Positions 10,664 to 21,390 are shown, counted from the first letter of the stretch. The stretch: DNA of 64,000 bases from Escherichia coli (GCF_046105845.1 NZ_CP151004.1); one strand, 5' to 3'. The notes: generated by a model from the letters alone, not told the origin. Translations and numbers: made by a program.

Positions 10664-12601
10664 TCAGTAACGACGTCCCCATTCCGTGGCGCTCATCAAT
10701 GTCGGTTTATCCCCCATGAAATAGCGGTAGTAAGCGTCATAAGCCAGCACGTTCTTCACATAACCGCGCGTCTCGGAGAACGGAATACTCTCGACAAATG
10801 CCACTGCGTCGATACGCCCGGCGCTGTTGCCAAGCCAGGTTCGCACCCGTCCTGGTCCGGCGTTATAAGCTGCTGAGGAGAAAATACGGTTATTACCAAA
10901 CTGCTGATAAACATATTGCAGGTAACTGGTGCCAATGTTGATGTTTGTTTCCGGATCCAGCAATTGCCCAGGGCTGCTATAACCGGGAATAGAGAACATC
11001 TTCACCGTATGGGTCGCTGTACCCGGCATAATCTGCATCAGGCCGCTGGCCCCTACCGGTGATTTCACTTTCGGATTCCAGGCGCTCTCCTGACGGGCAA
11101 TCGCCATCGCATAGCTTTGCGGGATCTCCTTCCCACTGGTGTAACGTTTGAAAAGATCGTTGTAAGCCAGCGGGAATCGCTCTTCCAGATGATCCCATAG
11201 CTTCCCGGCGATCGTTGCCTGAACGCTAAGATCCCACCATTGGTTATTGAAAGCATACCGAGCCAGTTGAGCCTGCTCTGTTTTTGACTTGCTCTTCACC
11301 AGATTGGCCCACTCGCTACGCGCGGTATTATCGAGATTCCAGTACATCAACTCGCGCACGCGCGCCATCTCCGGCCCCTGAGTCAGGGCGCTGTCAACAT
11401 TCTGCGGCGCTTTATCAATCTTCAGCTCATACTCTTCGCCGATGCGTTGTGCTGCAACCATCGGGTAGAAACCACGCTGTTGCATGAGTTGATGCAAAAT
11501 CTCTTTTGCTTCAGCTTCACGTCCGCGTTCCAGCAGTAAATCCGCCTGCCAGTAACGCCATTCATCTTTCTCTTTCGCCTCCATCGGCAAACGCGCCAGC
11601 CAGGTATTCAGGCCGCGACGATCGCCGGTGCCAAGCGCCATTCGCACACGGCGTTCAATAAGCGAAGTAGATTGCGAACGCATAATGGCGTCATCACGCC
11701 ATTTCGCCTGTTCGTCGGTGACATCGTTGCCCATCAAACGCCAGGCGACGATATCGCGCAGCTCCTGAATCTGATCTTCATTAAGCTGCTGCGCCTGGGC
11801 AAGCGACGGGATCATCAGCCGTGCATTTTCAGCATCCTGCCGAGCCACACTGGCAAACGCCACCGCCGCCATTTGACGGGTAAAATCGGTCGCTCCGGTT
11901 GTACGCGCGAAGGTCAGTACCGTATTAGGGTTGTTCGCCAGTGAAATGATTGCCGAGGCGATAGTCTGGTAATCGGCAGGCATCTGCCCTGCCAGCACTG
12001 TTACCAGGCCAGTGTTACCCGCTTTCATCGCCAGACGGATACGCTCTAAATACGCCAGCGGATCTTGTTTACCTGACGCACGCCAGACGCTAAATAACTT
12101 GTCACAGGCGTTAGGCTGGCTCTTGCCGGTTAGCCACAGCTCTTTCGCCCCTTGCCAGGCTTCTTCACTCTGCCCGGTATTCCATTTCGCATAGTAGTAA
12201 TTACATTGCGCTTCGGTAGTTCCGGGCTTTTCCGGGCTAAAGGCTAACAAGCCACGCCAGTCTTCACGCCGCGCCAGTTCATTGACGAAACGAGATTGCA
12301 GCGTGCGAGCGGGAGGAAGCGTGGGGTTAGCGCGAACAAAGTTAGTGACCGTCACCGCCGGTTGATTCATCAGGTCATCGGTGATCTGACGGTATTCCAG
12401 GTAGGGATAAAGTGGATAATCCTTCAGTCCAGGCATCATTTGTTCGACCACATCCATTTGTCGATTATCCCAGGCCTGCTTGATTTGGGCGTAGCGGCTA
12501 CGCTGCTCATCCAGTGAGTCGGCTCGCGCCACGCTGCTGACCGTCAGCAGACAGACACCGGCAGCCAACAGCCGCCAGGTAACGTGTTTGGCTTTTTCCA
12601 C
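10664..12601 (-). CDS. slt: Soluble lytic murein transglycosylase Slt70 (645 aa, GTG start)
   Basis: ORF track 10664..12631; start set at GTG giving ...EKAKHVTWRLL signal peptide and 645 aa. Confidence 0.88.
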   Translation of the reverse strand: MEKAKHVTWRLLAAGVCLLTVSSVARADSLDEQRSRYAQIKQAWDNRQMDVVEQMMPGLKDYPLYPYLEYRQITDDLMNQPAVTVTNFVRANPTLPPARTLQSRFVNELARREDWRGLLAFSPEKPGTTEAQCNYYYAKWNTGQSEEAWQGAKELWLTGKSQPNACDKLFSVWRASGKQDPLAYLERIRLAMKAGNTGLVTVLAGQMPADYQTIASAIISLANNPNTVLTFARTTGATDFTRQMAAVAFASVARQDAENARLMIPSLAQAQQLNEDQIQELRDIVAWRLMGNDVTDEQAKWRDDAIMRSQSTSLIERRVRMALGTGDRRGLNTWLARLPMEAKEKDEWRYWQADLLLERGREAEAKEILHQLMQQRGFYPMVAAQRIGEEYELKIDKAPQNVDSALTQGPEMARVRELMYWNLDNTARSEWANLVKSKSKTEQAQLARYAFNNQWWDLSVQATIAGKLWDHLEERFPLAYNDLFKRYTSGKEIPQSYAMAIARQESAWNPKVKSPVGASGLMQIMPGTATHTVKMFSIPGYSSPGQLLDPETNINIGTSYLQYVYQQFGNNRIFSSAAYNAGPGRVRTWLGNSAGRIDAVAFVESIPFSETRGYVKNVLAYDAYYRYFMGDKPTLMSATEWGRRY

Positions 12602-12811
12602 AAGCGCATCCTCTAAGTGTAAATACATCAATGCAGCGTCTTGCCGCGTAATAGATTTATGCTAACCAGTCATTGCCGTTTACGCCACGTTACGGACACT
12701 TTTTTACTTTTATCGGGAGGGTGATCGACCGGCTGGGATTAGATAAGGAAACAGGCTACACTTCGCCTTTGAAAACTCATTATCACGATAAACATAGAGG
12801 CGAAGTCCAAC

Positions 12812-14479
12812 GTGGCTCAATTCGTTTATACCATGCATCGTGTCGGCAAGGTTGTTCCGCCGAAACGTCATATTTTGAAAAACATCTCTCTGAGTTTCTT
12901 CCCTGGGGCAAAAATTGGTGTCCTGGGTCTGAACGGCGCGGGTAAGTCCACCCTGCTGCGCATTATGGCGGGCATTGATAAAGACATCGAAGGCGAAGCG
13001 CGTCCGCAACCGGATATCAAGATTGGTTATCTGCCGCAGGAACCGCAGCTGAACCCGGAACACACCGTGCGTGAGTCCATTGAAGAAGCGGTTTCTGAAG
13101 TGGTTAACGCCCTGAAACGCCTGGATGAAGTGTATGCGCTGTACGCCGATCCGGATGCCGATTTTGACAAGCTGGCCGCTGAACAAGGCCGTCTGGAAGA
13201 GATCATTCAGGCTCACGACGGTCACAACCTGAACGTTCAGCTGGAGCGTGCGGCGGATGCGCTGCGTCTGCCGGACTGGGACGCGAAAATCGCTAACCTC
13301 TCCGGTGGTGAGCGTCGTCGCGTGGCGTTGTGCCGCCTGCTGCTGGAAAAACCAGACATGCTGCTGCTCGACGAACCGACCAACCACCTGGATGCCGAAT
13401 CCGTGGCCTGGTTGGAACGCTTCCTCCACGACTTCGAAGGCACCGTGGTGGCGATTACCCACGACCGTTACTTCCTTGATAACGTTGCAGGCTGGATCCT
13501 CGAACTGGACCGCGGTGAAGGTATTCCGTGGGAAGGCAACTACTCCTCCTGGCTGGAGCAGAAAGATCAACGGCTGGCGCAGGAAGCTTCACAAGAAGCT
13601 GCGCGTCGTAAGTCGATTGAGAAAGAGCTGGAGTGGGTACGTCAGGGAACTAAAGGCCGCCAGTCGAAAGGTAAAGCCCGTCTGGCGCGCTTTGAAGAGC
13701 TGAACAGCACCGAATATCAGAAACGTAACGAAACCAACGAACTGTTTATTCCACCTGGACCGCGTCTGGGCGACAAAGTGCTGGAAGTCAGCAATCTGCG
13801 TAAATCCTATGGCGATCGTCTGCTGATTGATGATCTGAGTTTCTCGATCCCGAAAGGGGCGATCGTCGGGATCATCGGTCCGAACGGTGCGGGTAAATCG
13901 ACGCTGTTCCGTATGATCTCTGGTCAGGAACAGCCGGACAGCGGCACCATCACTTTGGGTGAAACGGTGAAACTGGCATCGGTTGATCAGTTCCGTGACT
14001 CAATGGATAACAGCAAAACCGTTTGGGAAGAAGTTTCCGGCGGGCTGGATATCATGAAAATCGGCAACACCGAGATGCCAAGCCGTGCCTACGTAGGCCG
14101 CTTTAACTTTAAAGGGGTTGATCAGGGTAAACGCGTTGGCGAACTTTCCGGCGGTGAGCGCGGTCGTCTGCATCTGGCGAAGCTGCTGCAGGTTGGCGGC
14201 AACATGCTGCTGCTCGACGAACCAACCAACGACCTGGATATCGAAACCCTGCGCGCGCTGGAAAACGCCCTGCTGGAGTTCCCGGGCTGCGCGATGGTTA
14301 TCTCGCACGACCGTTGGTTCCTCGACCGTATCGCCACGCACATCCTGGACTACCAGGATGAAGGTAAAGTTGAGTTCTTCGAAGGTAACTTTACCGAGTA
14401 CGAAGAGTACAAGAAACGCACGCTGGGCGCAGACGCGCTGGAGCCGAAGCGTATCAAGTACAAGCGTATTGCGAAGTAA
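12812..14479 (+). CDS. ettA: ABC-F translation factor EttA (YjjK), 555 aa, GTG start
   Basis: ORF track; two ABC ATPase domains with Walker A GLNGAGKST and GPNGAGKST. Confidence 0.95.
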   Translation: MAQFVYTMHRVGKVVPPKRHILKNISLSFFPGAKIGVLGLNGAGKSTLLRIMAGIDKDIEGEARPQPDIKIGYLPQEPQLNPEHTVRESIEEAVSEVVNALKRLDEVYALYADPDADFDKLAAEQGRLEEIIQAHDGHNLNVQLERAADALRLPDWDAKIANLSGGERRRVALCRLLLEKPDMLLLDEPTNHLDAESVAWLERFLHDFEGTVVAITHDRYFLDNVAGWILELDRGEGIPWEGNYSSWLEQKDQRLAQEASQEAARRKSIEKELEWVRQGTKGRQSKGKARLARFEELNSTEYQKRNETNELFIPPGPRLGDKVLEVSNLRKSYGDRLLIDDLSFSIPKGAIVGIIGPNGAGKSTLFRMISGQEQPDSGTITLGETVKLASVDQFRDSMDNSKTVWEEVSGGLDIMKIGNTEMPSRAYVGRFNFKGVDQGKRVGELSGGERGRLHLAKLLQVGGNMLLLDEPTNDLDIETLRALENALLEFPGCAMVISHDRWFLDRIATHILDYQDEGKVEFFEGNFTEYEEYKKRTLGADALEPKRIKYKRIAK

Positions 14480-14489
14480 TGCGTAAAAT

Positions 14490-14521
14490 GCCGGATGCGG
14501 CGCGCCAGCATCGCATCCGGT
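14490..14521. repeat. REP-like palindromic unit downstream of ettA
   Basis: gccggatgcg ... cgcatccggt inverted repeat typical of REP consensus. Confidence 0.5.
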
Positions 14522-14634
14522 ATTAGTTAAATGATGAGTCCCCGGAAAAAAGCAAAATTTTCTTTAAGCGTATTAGCTCAGATGCGGACTGACACCTCAA
14601 ATCAAGCGGGAACTCATGGTTCCCGCTTAACGTT

Positions 14635-15522
14635 TTATTCACCGCGCAGGATCTGGCGGAAATGGGAAACCAGCGGACGTTGGTTGGCTTTATGCCAGGC
14701 TGCCCATAATTGCGTTGAATAATTCATCCACGGCAATTCACGTAATACCACCCCTTCCGGCGCATTATGACGCAGACTATGTTGAATTAAGGCCAGACCT
14801 AATCCCGCAGCGACCAGACCTAATGCCGTGAGTGGTTCACCCGCTTCCAGGCGAATATCAGGATTAAACCCGGCATTAACACAGGCGGCGACAAAATGAT
14901 CGCGAGAATGCGCATCGTCGTTATGAATCACCGCAATCCACTGCTCATCGCCAAGTTGTGACGCGACAAGGTTTTCCTCCTGCGCCAGAGGATGATTTTG
15001 CGGTAAGGCCAACAACATTCGATCATCCAGAACCTGAATATATTCCAGACCCTGCTCGCTGTCGGTGGGCGGCGTATCGACCAGAGAAAAATCGAGACTG
15101 CGCTGGCGAAGGCCTTCAATCTGGGTCGCCGGTGGTTGGCTGTAAAGTGCGATATGCACATTCGGACGCGATACACGTAACGTACGTAGCGCCGTAGAAA
15201 GCACACCGGAATGCATGGCGTTTTCGATATAGCCAATACACAAGCCACCATCTTCCCCCCGTCCCAGGCGTTTGCCTAACGACTCCAGACGGTTGGCGTG
15301 TGTCAGCAATGAACGTGTTTCGGCAAGGAATGTCTGTCCATCAGCGGTCAGGCGAATGCGCTGCTGATTACGCTCAAACAGCGTCAGCCCCAGCCGTTCT
15401 TCCAGTTGTGCAATCTGGCGGCTCAGCGGTGATTGCGAGATATGTAATCGCTCGGCTGCGCGTCCCACGTGCTCTTCTTCTGCGACCACCACGAAGTACT
15501 TCAGTTGGCGTAAATCAATCAT
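14635..15522 (-). CDS. LysR-family transcriptional regulator (296 aa)
   Basis: ORF track 14635..15615; start at MIDLRQLKYFVVVAEE (LysR HTH signature); divergent from the oxidoreductase genes. Confidence 0.8.
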   Translation of the reverse strand: MIDLRQLKYFVVVAEEEHVGRAAERLHISQSPLSRQIAQLEERLGLTLFERNQQRIRLTADGQTFLAETRSLLTHANRLESLGKRLGRGEDGGLCIGYIENAMHSGVLSTALRTLRVSRPNVHIALYSQPPATQIEGLRQRSLDFSLVDTPPTDSEQGLEYIQVLDDRMLLALPQNHPLAQEENLVASQLGDEQWIAVIHNDDAHSRDHFVAACVNAGFNPDIRLEAGEPLTALGLVAAGLGLALIQHSLRHNAPEGVVLRELPWMNYSTQLWAAWHKANQRPLVSHFRQILRGE

Positions 15523-15655
15523 GTTAGACCTCAAAGGACTTAAGTCAGACGAATTATGTCCTATCAAGTCACAACCTCGCAAGGTATTGTGATCCACGTC
15601 ACAGGGCGATAGCAAAAAAACGCCCTAACCCAAACCGAATAATTGAGGACATCTT

Positions 15656-16666
15656 ATGAGCATCAAAAATTTACTTCCCGGCAAAATTGGCTTAGGCGGC
15701 GCACCACTCGGCAACATGTTCCGTGCCATTCCAGAAGAAGAGGCCCACGCCACCGTGAGCGAAGCCTGGAACCTGGGCGTGCGTTACTTTGATACCGCGC
15801 CGCTGTACGGCTCTGGCCTTTCTGAAATCCGCATGGGCGAAGCGCTGTCTCAGTATCCACGCGATGAATACGTTCTGAGCAGCAAAGTCGGCCGCATCAT
15901 GCTGGACGAAATGGAAGATCCGGCAAAACGTGATTTCGGTGAAAAAGGTGGCCTGTTCGAACACGGCCTGAAAAACAAAATTCTGAATGACTACTCTGCT
16001 GACGCCACGCTGCGCTCAATTGAAGACAGCCTGAAACGCCTGCAAACAGATCGTCTGGATATTGTCTGGATCCACGACCCGGCGCAGGACTTCTACGGTG
16101 ACAGCTGGCTGGAACAGTTCAACATAGCCCGTACCGGTGCGTTTCGTGCGCTGACGCGTTTGCGTGACGAAGGTGTGATTAAAGCCTGGGGACTGGGAGT
16201 GAATCGCGTCGAACCTTGCGAACTGACGCTGGCGCTGGACGAACCGAAGCCAGATGCTTTCCTGCTGGCGGGGCGTTATTCCCTGCTGGATCACGAACGT
16301 GCGCTGCAACGCCTGATGCCAGAAGCACTGGAACAGAACGTGGATATTGTTGTGGGCGGTCCGTACAGCTCTGGCGTACTGGCAGGCGGCGAGCACTTTG
16401 AATATCAGAAAGCTTCTGCGGCCATCCAGCAGAAAGTGGCGCAAATTAACACCATTGCCACACGTTTCAATGTGAACGTTAAAGCAGCTGCGCTGCAGTT
16501 CGCGCTGGCAAACCCGGCCGTTGCGGCGGTTATTCCTGGCTCCAGCCGTCCTGGCCGTATGGCAGAAGATCTGGCCGCACTGAATGCGCCTGTTCCGGCT
16601 GAATTCTGGGCAGAAATGCGCCGTCAAAATCTGGTTGCGGAAAACGCTCCGCTGCCGACCCGTTAA
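15656..16666 (+). CDS. Aldo/keto reductase family oxidoreductase (336 aa)
   Basis: ORF track; AKR fold hallmarks (FDTAPLYG, IVWIHDP). Confidence 0.8.
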   Translation: MSIKNLLPGKIGLGGAPLGNMFRAIPEEEAHATVSEAWNLGVRYFDTAPLYGSGLSEIRMGEALSQYPRDEYVLSSKVGRIMLDEMEDPAKRDFGEKGGLFEHGLKNKILNDYSADATLRSIEDSLKRLQTDRLDIVWIHDPAQDFYGDSWLEQFNIARTGAFRALTRLRDEGVIKAWGLGVNRVEPCELTLALDEPKPDAFLLAGRYSLLDHERALQRLMPEALEQNVDIVVGGPYSSGVLAGGEHFEYQKASAAIQQKVAQINTIATRFNVNVKAAALQFALANPAVAAVIPGSSRPGRMAEDLAALNAPVPAEFWAEMRRQNLVAENAPLPTR

Positions 16667-16685
16667 TCAACCTGGTGAGAAAACG

Positions 16686-17483
16686 ATGAAACTGGATCTG
16701 ACAGGTAAAGTCGCGGTGGTCAGCGGCTCAACCTCCGGCATTGGGCAGGGTATCGCCGCCGGACTGGCAAAAGCAGGCGCAACGGTGGTTGTCGTCGGCC
16801 GTAAACAGCGCGGCGTTGATGATGCCATGGCTGCGATTGCGGCACAAACTCCCACGGCGTCACTGCGCGGCGTGGTGGCCGATCTCAGCACCGAAGACGG
16901 CGTGGCTGCGCTGATCGCTGCAGTCCCAACGGCTGATGTGCTGGTCAATAATCTGGGCATTTTTAACGATAAAGATTTCTTTAGCGTTCCGGATGATGAG
17001 TGGATGCACTTCTATAACGTCAACGTCCTCTCCGGCGTTCGTCTGGCGCGTCACTATGCGCCAGGCATGACGGAACAGGGCTGGGGGCGGATTATCTTTG
17101 TCTCGTCTGAATCCGGCGTGGCAATTCCTGGCGACATGATCAACTACGGCGTCACCAAAGCCGCGAATCTGGCGGTTTCTCATGGTCTGGCGAAACGACT
17201 GGCGGGGACCGGTGTGACTGTCAACGCCATTCTGCCAGGGCCAACCTTTACCGATGGCCTGAAAGAGATGCTGGCGGATGCCGCTGCACAGTCGGGACGC
17301 AGTGCGCGTGAACAGGCCGATGAGTTTGTTAAAACCTCGCGTCCGAGCTCCATCATCCAGCGTGCGGCAGATGTGGAAGAAGTGGCGAATCTGGCGGTTT
17401 ATCTCGCGTCACCGCTTTCCTCGGCAACCACAGGGGCAGCCCTGCGCGTCGATGGCGGCGTCGTCGACACCCTGACAATGTAA
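16686..17483 (+). CDS. Short-chain dehydrogenase/reductase (SDR) family oxidoreductase
   Basis: ORF track 16584..17483; start at MKLDLTGKVAVVSGSTSGIGQ (Rossmann TGxxxGIG motif). Confidence 0.8.
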   Translation: MKLDLTGKVAVVSGSTSGIGQGIAAGLAKAGATVVVVGRKQRGVDDAMAAIAAQTPTASLRGVVADLSTEDGVAALIAAVPTADVLVNNLGIFNDKDFFSVPDDEWMHFYNVNVLSGVRLARHYAPGMTEQGWGRIIFVSSESGVAIPGDMINYGVTKAANLAVSHGLAKRLAGTGVTVNAILPGPTFTDGLKEMLADAAAQSGRSAREQADEFVKTSRPSSIIQRAADVEEVANLAVYLASPLSSATTGAALRVDGGVVDTLTM

Positions 17484-17508
17484 CCCTATAAATTAAGAGA
17501 AAATTATC

Positions 17509-17925
17509 ATGGCTAAAACAACTGTATCGATCGAAATTCCGGCTTCTGCCGACGCCGTATGGCAATTGATGGGCGGCTTTGATGCGCTGCCAGACTGGCT
17601 GCCGTTCATCCCGAAAAGCGTAGTGACAGAAGGCGGTCGCGTTCGTTCGCTGACAACCTCTGACGGCGGCACTGTGGTTGAACGTCTGGAAGCGTTTGAT
17701 AACCGTCAACGCAGTTATACCTATTCCATTATTCAGGCACCGTTCCCGGTGGTGGATTACCTCTCCACCATTACCGTTCATGAAACCACCGACAGCCAGG
17801 TTTCCCGTGTGGAATGGTTCGGTGAATTCACCCCGGTGAATGTGACGAACGAAGAGGCCGAGGCGCTGTTTACCGGCATCTATCGGGATGGTCTCAAGGC
17901 GCTGAAGGACAACTTTGTTGCCTGA
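17509..17925 (+). CDS. SRPBCC (Bet v1 / polyketide cyclase-like) small protein, 138 aa
   Basis: ORF track; size and composition typical of SRPBCC ligand-binding proteins; family assignment by recognition only. Confidence 0.55.
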   Translation: MAKTTVSIEIPASADAVWQLMGGFDALPDWLPFIPKSVVTEGGRVRSLTTSDGGTVVERLEAFDNRQRSYTYSIIQAPFPVVDYLSTITVHETTDSQVSRVEWFGEFTPVNVTNEEAEALFTGIYRDGLKALKDNFVA

Positions 17926-18082
17926 TGCAATCGACAGGCGTCGGAACGTCCGGCGTCTGATTATTAACAAAAGCAGAATAGTCTATTGTCATTTGTATCA
18001 TTTATGTTATCAGGCAGCAGGCGTATTCTCTCCCCATCGCGTTAATAAACGCCAAACAATTAAGACACTCTGGAATATAAAC

Positions 18083-18295
18083 ATGAAAACGATCATCGCA
18101 ATTTTTACAGCTTCTCTTTTCTCTGTCGCGGCGTTTAACGCATCGGCGCAAAGCGTGACAGCAACCGGTACAACACTGGATTCTGCGGAAGCAGTTATTG
18201 CGCAGAAAGCGAAAGAGATGAACGCCTCTGAATATAAAATTACCAGCGCTCGCATGGGCAATACCGTCACCATGAGTGCCGAACTGTATAAATAA
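18083..18295 (+). CDS. Small secreted DUF1471 (YdgH/BhsA/McbA-like) protein, 70 aa with signal peptide
   Basis: ORF track 17915..18295; start at MKTIIAIFTASLFSVAAFNASA signal peptide. Confidence 0.55.
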   Translation: MKTIIAIFTASLFSVAAFNASAQSVTATGTTLDSAEAVIAQKAKEMNASEYKITSARMGNTVTMSAELYK

Positions 18296-18343
18296 TCGCG
18301 CGAGGGACCCATTACGTAATTTGCTAAATATGCGCTGAATGCG

Positions 18344-18568
18344 TTGCCATTAATAAACCGTATTGTAATGCCACCGATGACGCGTTCCCGCGCGGGTGAC
18401 GTTGCGACTGACATGATGGCGGACTATTACGCGCAGCGCGCCAGTGCAGGACTATCATCAGCGAAGGTACGCAAATCAGCAGAAGCGCTGCGCATAATTT
18501 TCCACGGCACGCTGATTTACTCCGGTAAATACACCAAAGCGCGCGCCGAAGCGGACTGTCAGATTTGA
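18344..18568 (+). pseudogene. Remnant of an Old-Yellow-Enzyme / NemA-like FMN oxidoreductase gene (N-terminal about 45 codons, then frameshift and stop)
   Basis: VMPPMTRSRAGDVATDMMADYYAQRASAGL resembles the NemA N-terminus (..FMAPLTR...LMAEYYRQRASAGL) as I recall it; the next residues continue in another frame (LIISEGTQIS). Confidence 0.4.
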
Positions 18569-18754
18569 TTGCATTTTGGCTACGCAACCGGTCAGTTGGA
18601 GTATGAAGTTGCTCACGAATAGCCTTAGCATCCGCAATTTCGTAGTGGGTCACCCGTGCAGGTTCTTTCTAATCTCAACAGCCTCTTCCAGAGAGGTTTT
18701 CAACTCATCAAAAAAACTCAATTTATACCTCGCCTTTGAGCCGTTTCGTCACGG

Positions 18755-19987
18755 TTATCTTTGCTCCCCCATCATCTCCCGCACAAGTTCCACGCAGCGC
18801 AGGAAACGGCTGTCGTAATCGTCCTCTTCAACACGCACAAATTCGATATTGTTCTCTTCCAGCATCTCCACCAGCAAGTTCTGGAACTCTTTGCGATCCA
18901 CCGAACTACCGAGGCTGCGTAAACCATCCGCCACCCACGGGGTGTTGTTCTCCAGCAAGATAACCAGATCAAAACGGTATTCATCAATCAGCGCCTGCAC
19001 GAACGGATGCTCACGCCCTTCGTACTTTTTGCAGAACGCCTGGGTAGTGACAAAATCAGTGTCGATAAACGCCACTTTATTGGCGTATTTCACTGCAAAA
19101 TCAATATATTGCGCGTGTCCTAGCGCGATTTTATCGTAGTCGGAATACTGCAATGCGATCTCATCACCGCCGAGGTGTGAAAAGACATAATCGCGACCAT
19201 ATTCCCACGCACTGGTAGTGTTGAAGATATTAGCAAGCTTGTTTACCAGGGTGGATTTACCGCTCGACTCGCCGCCAAGGATCGCCACGGTACGCACAAA
19301 AAACGGCTTCACTTCAGTGGGGATATATTCCCAGTAGCGGAACGGGTTTTCGCGGATCTGCGCACCGCTGATACTCATAAAGGTACGCTTCGGATCGACC
19401 AGCACCGTCTCGATCCCCAGATGTTCCATATACTGTGGCGCATCGGCTTCTTCCGAGGTGTAGATCAGGTCCGGCTGGATCCCCTTTTCAGCCATAAACT
19501 TTTTGATGCCGTTGCTCCACACATCCCAGCCGTGCGGATATGGCTCCATGCCCTCTTCGTTGAAAGCATGAATACGGATATTTTTCTGATATTTAAAGGT
19601 TTGCAATAACCAGCGCAGACGATCCGGCACCGTGGGCTGCTGCGACATGGCGCTGTCTTCAAACAACGCACGGTCACGGGTATCGTCAAAGCCCATAATG
19701 ATATGCAACTCGTCAACCTGGCTACAGGCGCGCTGGATAAGGTAGATATGTCCGGTATGCAACGGGTAGAACTTACCGAATACCACGCCAATGGTTTTCT
19801 TTTGGCGGGGAAACTCAAGCCCCAAAAAACGGTGCAATGCCTCCAGTTTTTGCGCGCTGGGGCTTTTAATTTTGGCATTCAGTAACTGGCTTAAATACCC
19901 TTTGGTCATACCGCTGGCATCAGCTACCTGCTGTAGCGTGCAGCCCTGTTGCTTAATGGCAGTTTTCAGGTAATCAAATGACGACAT
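18755..19987 (-). CDS. nadR: Trifunctional NAD biosynthesis regulator NadR (410 aa)
   Basis: ORF track 18755..20008; start at MSSFDYLKTAIK; HTH plus NMN adenylyltransferase plus RNK domains. Confidence 0.9.
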   Translation of the reverse strand: MSSFDYLKTAIKQQGCTLQQVADASGMTKGYLSQLLNAKIKSPSAQKLEALHRFLGLEFPRQKKTIGVVFGKFYPLHTGHIYLIQRACSQVDELHIIMGFDDTRDRALFEDSAMSQQPTVPDRLRWLLQTFKYQKNIRIHAFNEEGMEPYPHGWDVWSNGIKKFMAEKGIQPDLIYTSEEADAPQYMEHLGIETVLVDPKRTFMSISGAQIRENPFRYWEYIPTEVKPFFVRTVAILGGESSGKSTLVNKLANIFNTTSAWEYGRDYVFSHLGGDEIALQYSDYDKIALGHAQYIDFAVKYANKVAFIDTDFVTTQAFCKKYEGREHPFVQALIDEYRFDLVILLENNTPWVADGLRSLGSSVDRKEFQNLLVEMLEENNIEFVRVEEDDYDSRFLRCVELVREMMGEQR

Positions 19988-20007
19988 ATCTCCCTCCGTA
20001 TCTCTCA

Positions 20008-21390
20008 TTATAAGTCGTCGAACACGCTAAGCGCGTCGGAGAGTTTTTTAACGCCAAAAATCTGCATCCCTTCCGGCGCTTTTTTCGGCACGTTAGCCGC
20101 CGGAACAATCGCCCGCCGAAAACCATGTTTCGCCGCTTCTGAGATACGTTCCTGGCCGCTGGGCACCGGGCGGATCTCCCCTGCCAGCCCGACTTCACCA
20201 AACACCACCAGATCCTGCGGCAGCGGTCTGTCGCGCAGGCTGGAAACCATCGCCAGCAGTAACGCTAAGTCGGCGCTGGTTTCGGTTACCTTCACGCCGC
20301 CGACCACGTTAACAAATACATCCTGATCGGCCATTTGCAAGCCACCGTGACGGTGCAGCACCGCCAGCAGGATTGCCAGACGGTTTTGCTCCAGCCCCAC
20401 TGCCACGCGGCGTGGGTTCGCCATCATCGAGTGATCGACCAATGCCTGAATCTCCACCAGCAGCGGACGCGTTCCTTCCCACACTACCATCACTGAGCTA
20501 CCGGAGGTCACTTCATCACCGCGGCTTAAAAAGATGGCGGAAGGGTTGCTAACTTCACGCAGCCCCTGTTCGGTCATCGCGAAGACGCCCAGCTCATTCA
20601 CCGCGCCGAAGCGGTTTTTATGGCTGCGCAAGGTGCGAAAACGGGAGTCGGCATCGCCATCCAGAAGCACCGAACAGTCGATACAGTGTTCCAGCACTTT
20701 AGGGCCAGCCAGCGAGCCATCTTTGGTTACGTGCCCAACCATGACAATCGCCACGCCGCGCGTTTTGGCGAAGCGCGTCAGATAAGCCGCCGTTTCACGC
20801 ACCTGCGCCACGCTGCCAGGCGATGACTGAACATCCGCCATATGCATCACCTGGATGGAGTCAATTACCATCAGCTTCGGTTGCTCTTCTTCGGCAATCA
20901 GGCAGATCTGCTCGATGCTGGTTTCCGACAACATATTGAGATTGTCAGTCGGCAGGCCAAGGCGATGAGCGCGCATTGCCACCTGTTGCAGCGACTCTTC
21001 GCCAGTGACATACAGCGTTTTCATCTGCTGCGCCAGTTTGCACAGCGTTTGCAGCAACAGCGTGGATTTCCCCGCACCTGGGTTACCGCCAATCAGAATG
21101 GCGCTTCCCGGCACCACCCCGCCGCCTAATACGCGGTCGAACTCTTTAAATCCGGTGGAAAAACGCGGCAGCTCTTCAAGGCTGATATCGGAGAGTTTCT
21201 GGACTTTTGCCACCCCGGCGCTACCGGCATAGCCACTGAGACGCTCGTTACGCGCCACCGTTGGCGACGCTGCAAGACGCACCTCGGTGATGGTGTTCCA
21301 GGCATGACAGGCACTGCACTGCCCCTGCCAGCGCGGATAATCGGCCCCGCATTCATTACAAACAAAGGCGCGTTTTGGAGCTTTTGCCAC
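20008..21390 (-). CDS. radA: DNA repair protein RadA/Sms (460 aa, GTG start)
   Basis: ORF track 20008..21438; zinc finger CNECGADY, RecA-like Walker A GGNPGAGKST, Lon-like C-terminus. Confidence 0.9.
   Translation of the reverse strand: MAKAPKRAFVCNECGADYPRWQGQCSACHAWNTITEVRLAASPTVARNERLSGYAGSAGVAKVQKLSDISLEELPRFSTGFKEFDRVLGGGVVPGSAILIGGNPGAGKSTLLLQTLCKLAQQMKTLYVTGEESLQQVAMRAHRLGLPTDNLNMLSETSIEQICLIAEEEQPKLMVIDSIQVMHMADVQSSPGSVAQVRETAAYLTRFAKTRGVAIVMVGHVTKDGSLAGPKVLEHCIDCSVLLDGDADSRFRTLRSHKNRFGAVNELGVFAMTEQGLREVSNPSAIFLSRGDEVTSGSSVMVVWEGTRPLLVEIQALVDHSMMANPRRVAVGLEQNRLAILLAVLHRHGGLQMADQDVFVNVVGGVKVTETSADLALLLAMVSSLRDRPLPQDLVVFGEVGLAGEIRPVPSGQERISEAAKHGFRRAIVPAANVPKKAPEGMQIFGVKKLSDALSVFDDL

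Noticed and set aside
12710-13570. 286-aa minus-strand ORF antisense to ettA
   Set aside because: Fully overlaps the conserved ABC-F gene ettA; no independent support, typical antisense artefact in a GC-rich gene.
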